A stretch of DNA of 63,497 bases, the filler included, from Craspedostauros australis (Eukaryota): the NCBI GenBank assembly GCA_030167865.1. It is 11 parts of 11 records of this genome, joined end to end, with 100 filler letters (N's around TTAATTAATTAA, not from the genome) between each part and the next. Parts side by side here need not be neighbours in the genome. Positions count along the whole stretch, not along the records: positions 40,577 to 60,515 come from JALAGF010004622.1; positions 60,616 to 61,915 come from JALAGF010004623.1; positions 62,016 to 63,497 come from JALAGF010004629.1; 8 more parts are not named here. One strand, written 5' to 3'. Every line of letters starts with the position of its first letter. The first letter of the stretch is position 1. Both the position numbers and the translations under genes were made by a program. The notes under the pieces are model-generated. The model saw only the letters and a program-made list of their open reading frames with translations. It searched no databases and was not told the origin of the DNA. Of the stretch, positions 58,765 through 63,497 are shown piece by piece.

Positions 58765-60774
58765 CACGGCGCGCTCTCTGCAAGGAGTAGACGCAGCTGA
58801 TTGGTTGGGGTCATGGAATGGAGATACCTGCTCTTTCATCGGCCATTCATGGGGGAAGGATCTCTCTGACGTTTGGGATCTTTGGATTTGTGGTCTTCGT
58901 TCCTCCTGGAGGTTGCGGTATTGTTGGAAATCGCACCGCAGACTTCGGTGCGCACAAAAATCCGACGTATGCACGACAGACGACCAATGTCTACCCAAAG
59001 TAGACACAAAGTTAGACTTCTGAAAACGCAGTCCTGAGTTTGATTGGCACAATACTGTACATCGTACTTAGGCACACACTTGGTTGCACTGTTCCAAGTT
59101 AAGATCATAATTCCATCGCATGTTCCTCCACCATAAAATCACCTGAACTGCTTATTGTAGAGTATACTTGATGGCAAAGAGCATCAATGGCCTCATTCTC
59201 GTTGCTACATTCACACTTCTTCCAACAATTGACATCGTTGAATGGAATAACAAGCACACCAGTCATTGTGAGATGCCTGCTTTAAGGTTGGCTATTCGTC
59301 GGAAACAAGTAATTGAGACACCTATGCGATTCATGATATTGATAGCGTTGAAGATGTTTGCAATCAGAGTTCTATCTTCGAATGCTGGACATGTAAGGCA
59401 CCACCCGGATCGGTCANCATTGATCATGGTATTGAATCTACTATAAATATGGAACAACTTGTGCNGCATTNGCTCTCTGACATTTGACAAGTGAGCCATT
59501 TCGGATGTTTGTCACGGATATTCTCTGCACGTTTTCTCTTTGTTGCCGCGCGGACGAGATACCAGACTCTCCATACTACATACAATGGAGAAGGGGTGTT
59601 GTGACAGACATGCAATACCCTTGCTGCATGCGATTGCCTGGTGATGAATTGTATTCCAAATCACAAGATACACGAAGCACAGCAGGTTCCTCTCTATCCC
59701 GATACCCCTTTTGTCGCGTATAATAGCTGGCTGTGGTNGCAACAGTTCGCGGAAGTCACCGATTCACAGGCACACTACATGTTCGTAGATTCCCTGTGGC
59801 TTCNACATTGCCNATGTGAGATTGCATGATTACACGACCACATGAGAAAGGGCGTCTGAACAGGTCTTGTTGCTAACACACACCACATCACACGTAACAC
59901 ACAACGCAAGCGCATCACGTTGTAGTGCCGAACAAACATGTCCGTCACAGAATTTGTTCCTTGCTGATGGTCATTGTGTGTGGGCATTGATGGTAGCGGA
60001 GATACACGCAATGGAAACAATTGTTGTCACAAGCACCTGTTGTGACCATGATAAATGTCTCGTAGTCGTACATCTGCGAACAAAATTCCAACTTAGTACG
60101 TCAATGTACAGAAAGACGGTCATTCTTTGTCAACAGAAGTTCGCACAGCGACCACCACTTCTGTCCGTTACCATCGAACCAGTGTCAAGTTCACGCACGC
60201 GTTGTTGGATACTGGCTGTCTGCTGCTTCGTGTTTCTTGGATGTGTGTGATGTTGGTGTACCGCGCCTTTCCAACACACTGCGTGGGGAAGACGATGTCG
60301 TTGCAACATCCGACCAAAGTCGTACCTCCGTCGGATCATGTCATCTCAACAACCAGCCTACGTCATCTGATGTCTGATCAATGTTTGACCAATGTAAGAC
60401 CAATGTTACCGTAAAGTATGACATTGCGGCAGCAGGGTTTTTCCATGTTTCGAAGGCGCAACTTGCCACCCCCCTCTGCGATCACTCAGAATGATTAGTT
60501 CGCAACTAGACACATNNNNNNNNNNNNNNNNNNNNNNNNNNNNNNNNNNNNNNNNNNNNTTAATTAATTAANNNNNNNNNNNNNNNNNNNNNNNNNNNNN
60601 NNNNNNNNNNNNNNNGTTTAATCGAATTAGTCTTGCCTCCACAATCTGTGTCGTTGCATTCGCTGAAAATGACCTATTGATGTCGTACCGTTAAGTATTT
60701 TATTTAACGAGATCGTCTATTGGTGTCCAATGACCGCCGTTGTGACTGTAGCTGTTTAAGTCACGAATCAATCT

Positions 60775-60980
60775 GATGCACAACTGAAAGTGCATTTAAT
60801 GCACTCCATTTGCATTTAATGCACTGCAAATGCATTTAATGCACTCCATTTGCATTTNNNNNNNNNNNNNNNNNNNNNNNNNNNNNNATTTGCATTTAAT
60901 GCACTTCAAATGCATTTTTTGAACTCCAAGTGCATTTAATGCACTGCAAATGCATTTTTTGCACACCAAATGCATTTTTT
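60775..60980. repeat. Array of short quasi-palindromic TGCATTTAATGCAC / TGCATTTTTT motifs
   Basis: Repeated units seen on both sides of a small N gap. Probably subterminal repeats of a DNA transposon. Confidence 0.75.
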
Positions 60981-61039
60981 GGTGGAAGCACACAGGTCGC
61001 GGGACTCGCTTGAGCTGTTTGTGTGTGGGTTGGCGATTG

Positions 61040-61260
61040 GTGTGCAGGCCCCAAGAACAGGATTGTTCGCGAAAAGATGGCACAAAGTTCAAGAGCCGCG
61101 CTCGTTGCCGAGCGTTTGAACTGCCGAATCAAGAACTTGAAGACCACGAGCGACACTGTCCGCCATGGCCACCAATGCCATGTGCAACCATTCGAACCTC
61201 TGTGTGTGATTCTCCAACACCAAATGGACAACGGACTCGAGTTGTTTGCTGTGTGGACCC
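61040..61260 (+). pseudogene. Decayed C-terminal fragment of a Harbinger/ISL2EU-like DDE transposase
   Basis: KFKSRARCR, then a frameshift, then LNCRIKNLK..SDTVRHG....FEPLCVILQHQMDNG. Resembles the R..vE..f..lK region of DDE_Tnp_4 proteins. Confidence 0.5.
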
Positions 61261-62015
61261 AGCGTGAGCACAAGACCCATTCAGGATACGATTGCAACTT
61301 CGTTCTGATACAATATTTCAGCTCTGAATTCATTCTGTTATTCTTTATTGGGTGTGCGTGAAGTTATAGACTCCTCAGCCTTATAGTTACAAAGTTATAT
61401 TTTTCTCATTAGCTTTTGCCTAGACGCGTCAAGCGTGCGGACGGTGGAGGGCAAATGGGGTTCGGAATCGTCAGTCGTGTTTCGACATGCTGTCCAGTCG
61501 TGTCTATCATCGACACACTCACATTTCACGTGGGTGAGGTGGTTACTTGTGACGAAAGGTTGAGGATTGCGTGGTGGCGGTGGGCATGCTGAGGCTGCTG
61601 CTTTGTCTGGGATTTGGATCAATGGAACCCATGTGGAGAAGAATGCATATAGTGGTGAGAGGGTTGCAGGCTCCATGCTACCCACAGGGGGTACACCCCA
61701 ATTCAACCTTTGCTCTCTCCCTTAGCTTGACCTGCATCATGCCTTGTGCTCGGTCTGCCACTGTTCATGATTCAGGACATTCAGCTTCGTCCACATCTCA
61801 ATCAGCACATGCTGCCTTCCCTTCATATGCCTACTATTAGCGCACGCTAAATCTCTAACAATAGCGACACCCGTCGACCAATCAGAAATCTCCACTTTTC
61901 TTACCTTTTCCGTTCNNNNNNNNNNNNNNNNNNNNNNNNNNNNNNNNNNNNNNNNNNNNTTAATTAATTAANNNNNNNNNNNNNNNNNNNNNNNNNNNNN
62001 NNNNNNNNNNNNNNN

Positions 62016-63497
62016 TCTCCACACACGTAGATACACTGCAGTGTAGATCATGGCACATGGCAGTGACGACCATGAAGCAGTGGCTGTGGTTGGAGCTGGT
62101 TCTCGGATTCCATTGCTTGAGTTGAAGCAGGTTGGATACACGCGTTAAGACTACAGCAGTGGTGCAGTAGTCATCAGCATGAAGGGAATCAAGGTAAGTT
62201 GTAGTAAAAGGATCTGAGGAGCATATAGTTCCCAAGGTGGGGTGTGAGTCAGGTCGGTCATGTTTGAGTCATGATGGATTCGTGAATGGAGGAGAGAAAG
62301 GAGGAGAAAAAGATTTGGTGGTCGATCAAGTCGGAAGATTTCGCGCCAAAACAAGAATTTCTCCCATCNNNNNNNNNNNNNNNNNNNNNNTAGTCTGTCC
62401 CTCATTGAATCTCAACTCTCCCTCTCAGTGTTGGGTCGTGATTGGAGTTGTGGTATCGATGAAAACTTCATCCTTCGTTGTTGTTTGTTGGTTCTTACCA
62501 GCCCATGATTTTGAACCGTAAGTATTCGAAGACCGCGATGGACAGTCCCTTCGTGAAGATGTCTGCAAGTTGTTCCGGCGTGGAGATATGTTGGATGCAA
62601 ATGAAGCCTGCCTTAACCCAGTACCAAAAGAAGTACCACTTGGTTAAAAAGTGTTTGGTGCGCGCGGTCGGCTGATGATTGGTGGCGAGGGAAATGCAGG
62701 CTTGGTTGTCCTCGAAGACAGTGCACTGGAGGTTGGTGTGCANCGGCATGTCGGTGCCGGCGTTGTTAATCACTTGGCGAATGAGTTGTTGGATGGGAAT
62801 CAATGTTCGCATTGCCAGGGAGAGAGCGGCGTATTCGGACTCCATCGTGGATAATGCGATCTCAGTTTGGAGTTTCGACTTCCAAATGAGAGGGCATCCA
62901 CCCAATGTGATGAGATATCCCGTGCGTGATTTCACCGACACTGGATCTTTGCNNNNNNNNNNNNNNNNNNNNNNNNNNNNNNNNNNNNNNNNNNNNNNNN
63001 NNNNNNNNNNNNNNNNNNNNNNNNNNNNNNNNNNNNNNNNNNNNNNNNNNNNNNNNNNNNNNNNNNNNNNNNNNNNNNNNNNNNNNNNNNNNNNNNNNNN
63101 NNNNNNNNNNNNNNNNNNNGCGACTTGGGAGACTGCGAAGGCGAGATCGGGACGAGTGTTCGTTGTGAGGTAGAGCAACATGCCGACGACAGAGCGGTAG
63201 TTCCATTTCTCGTTCATGGCTGGTTCATCCTTGCACTGTCCGAGTGCGAGTTGGGTAGTGGGTACCGGGCATGGATTGCAGTTCGACATCTTCGTTGTCT
63301 CAAGGACCTTTTTAATCAACCCTGGTTGTCGAAGATGGACAGTATCCGCCTTCGGGTCACGGTAGAGCTCAATTCCTAGGAATTCAGTGAAGCTGCCTTC
63401 CTGGGTGAGCTCAAACCCGAGTTCACGCATTGATGCAATGAAATCGTCTGCATCCTTCTTGGTCTTGGAGGCGATTCCTGCATCGTCAACGTAGAGA
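62016..63497 (-). mobile_element. 3' part of a copia element: RT-RNase H (63497-62495), PPT (62418-62426) and partial 3' LTR (62016-62417)
   Basis: YVDDAG, FLGIE, YRSVVGMLLYL..TRPDLAFAV, KSRTGY, ALSTMESEY, FEDNQAC, QLADIFTKGL; PPT GAGAGGGAG. Confidence 0.92.

Noticed and set aside
59100..60515. Coding region or defined transposon
   Set aside because: Only short ORFs, scattered ambiguous bases, and no motif or paired termini that I can support.

Overview
Eukaryotic DNA, most likely from a diatom: GT-AG introns, an ASAF plastid-targeting motif and diatom-type copia elements. It is a concatenation of 11 contigs joined by identical artificial 100-bp linkers (44 N + TTAATTAATTAA + 44 N), so adjacency across linkers is not evidence of linkage. 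About half is transposon-derived: one intact, very recent Ty1/copia element (110-5653), four other copia remnants, a solo-like LTR, a non-LTR RT fragment, a MITE, a Harbinger-like fragment and a 196-bp satellite. Host genes include CCT3, LTV1, a 7TM GPCR-like protein, a class I PDE domain, an ankyrin-BTB protein, an MBL-fold/cNMP-binding protein, a SERGT/HPAT-type glycosyltransferase and a plastid-targeted fructosamine-kinase-family protein. The most striking signal is two divergent copies of a spliced piggyBac-like DDD transposase with a YqaJ/lambda-exonuclease-like PD-(D/E)XK nuclease embedded between its 2nd and 3rd catalytic Asp. The intact copia has no tRNA-type PBS but a perfect 15-nt complement to its own LTR, which suggests self-priming. 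Its gag and pol are also separated by a single in-frame UGA, which implies readthrough. All family assignments come from motif recognition by eye; no database searches were run.
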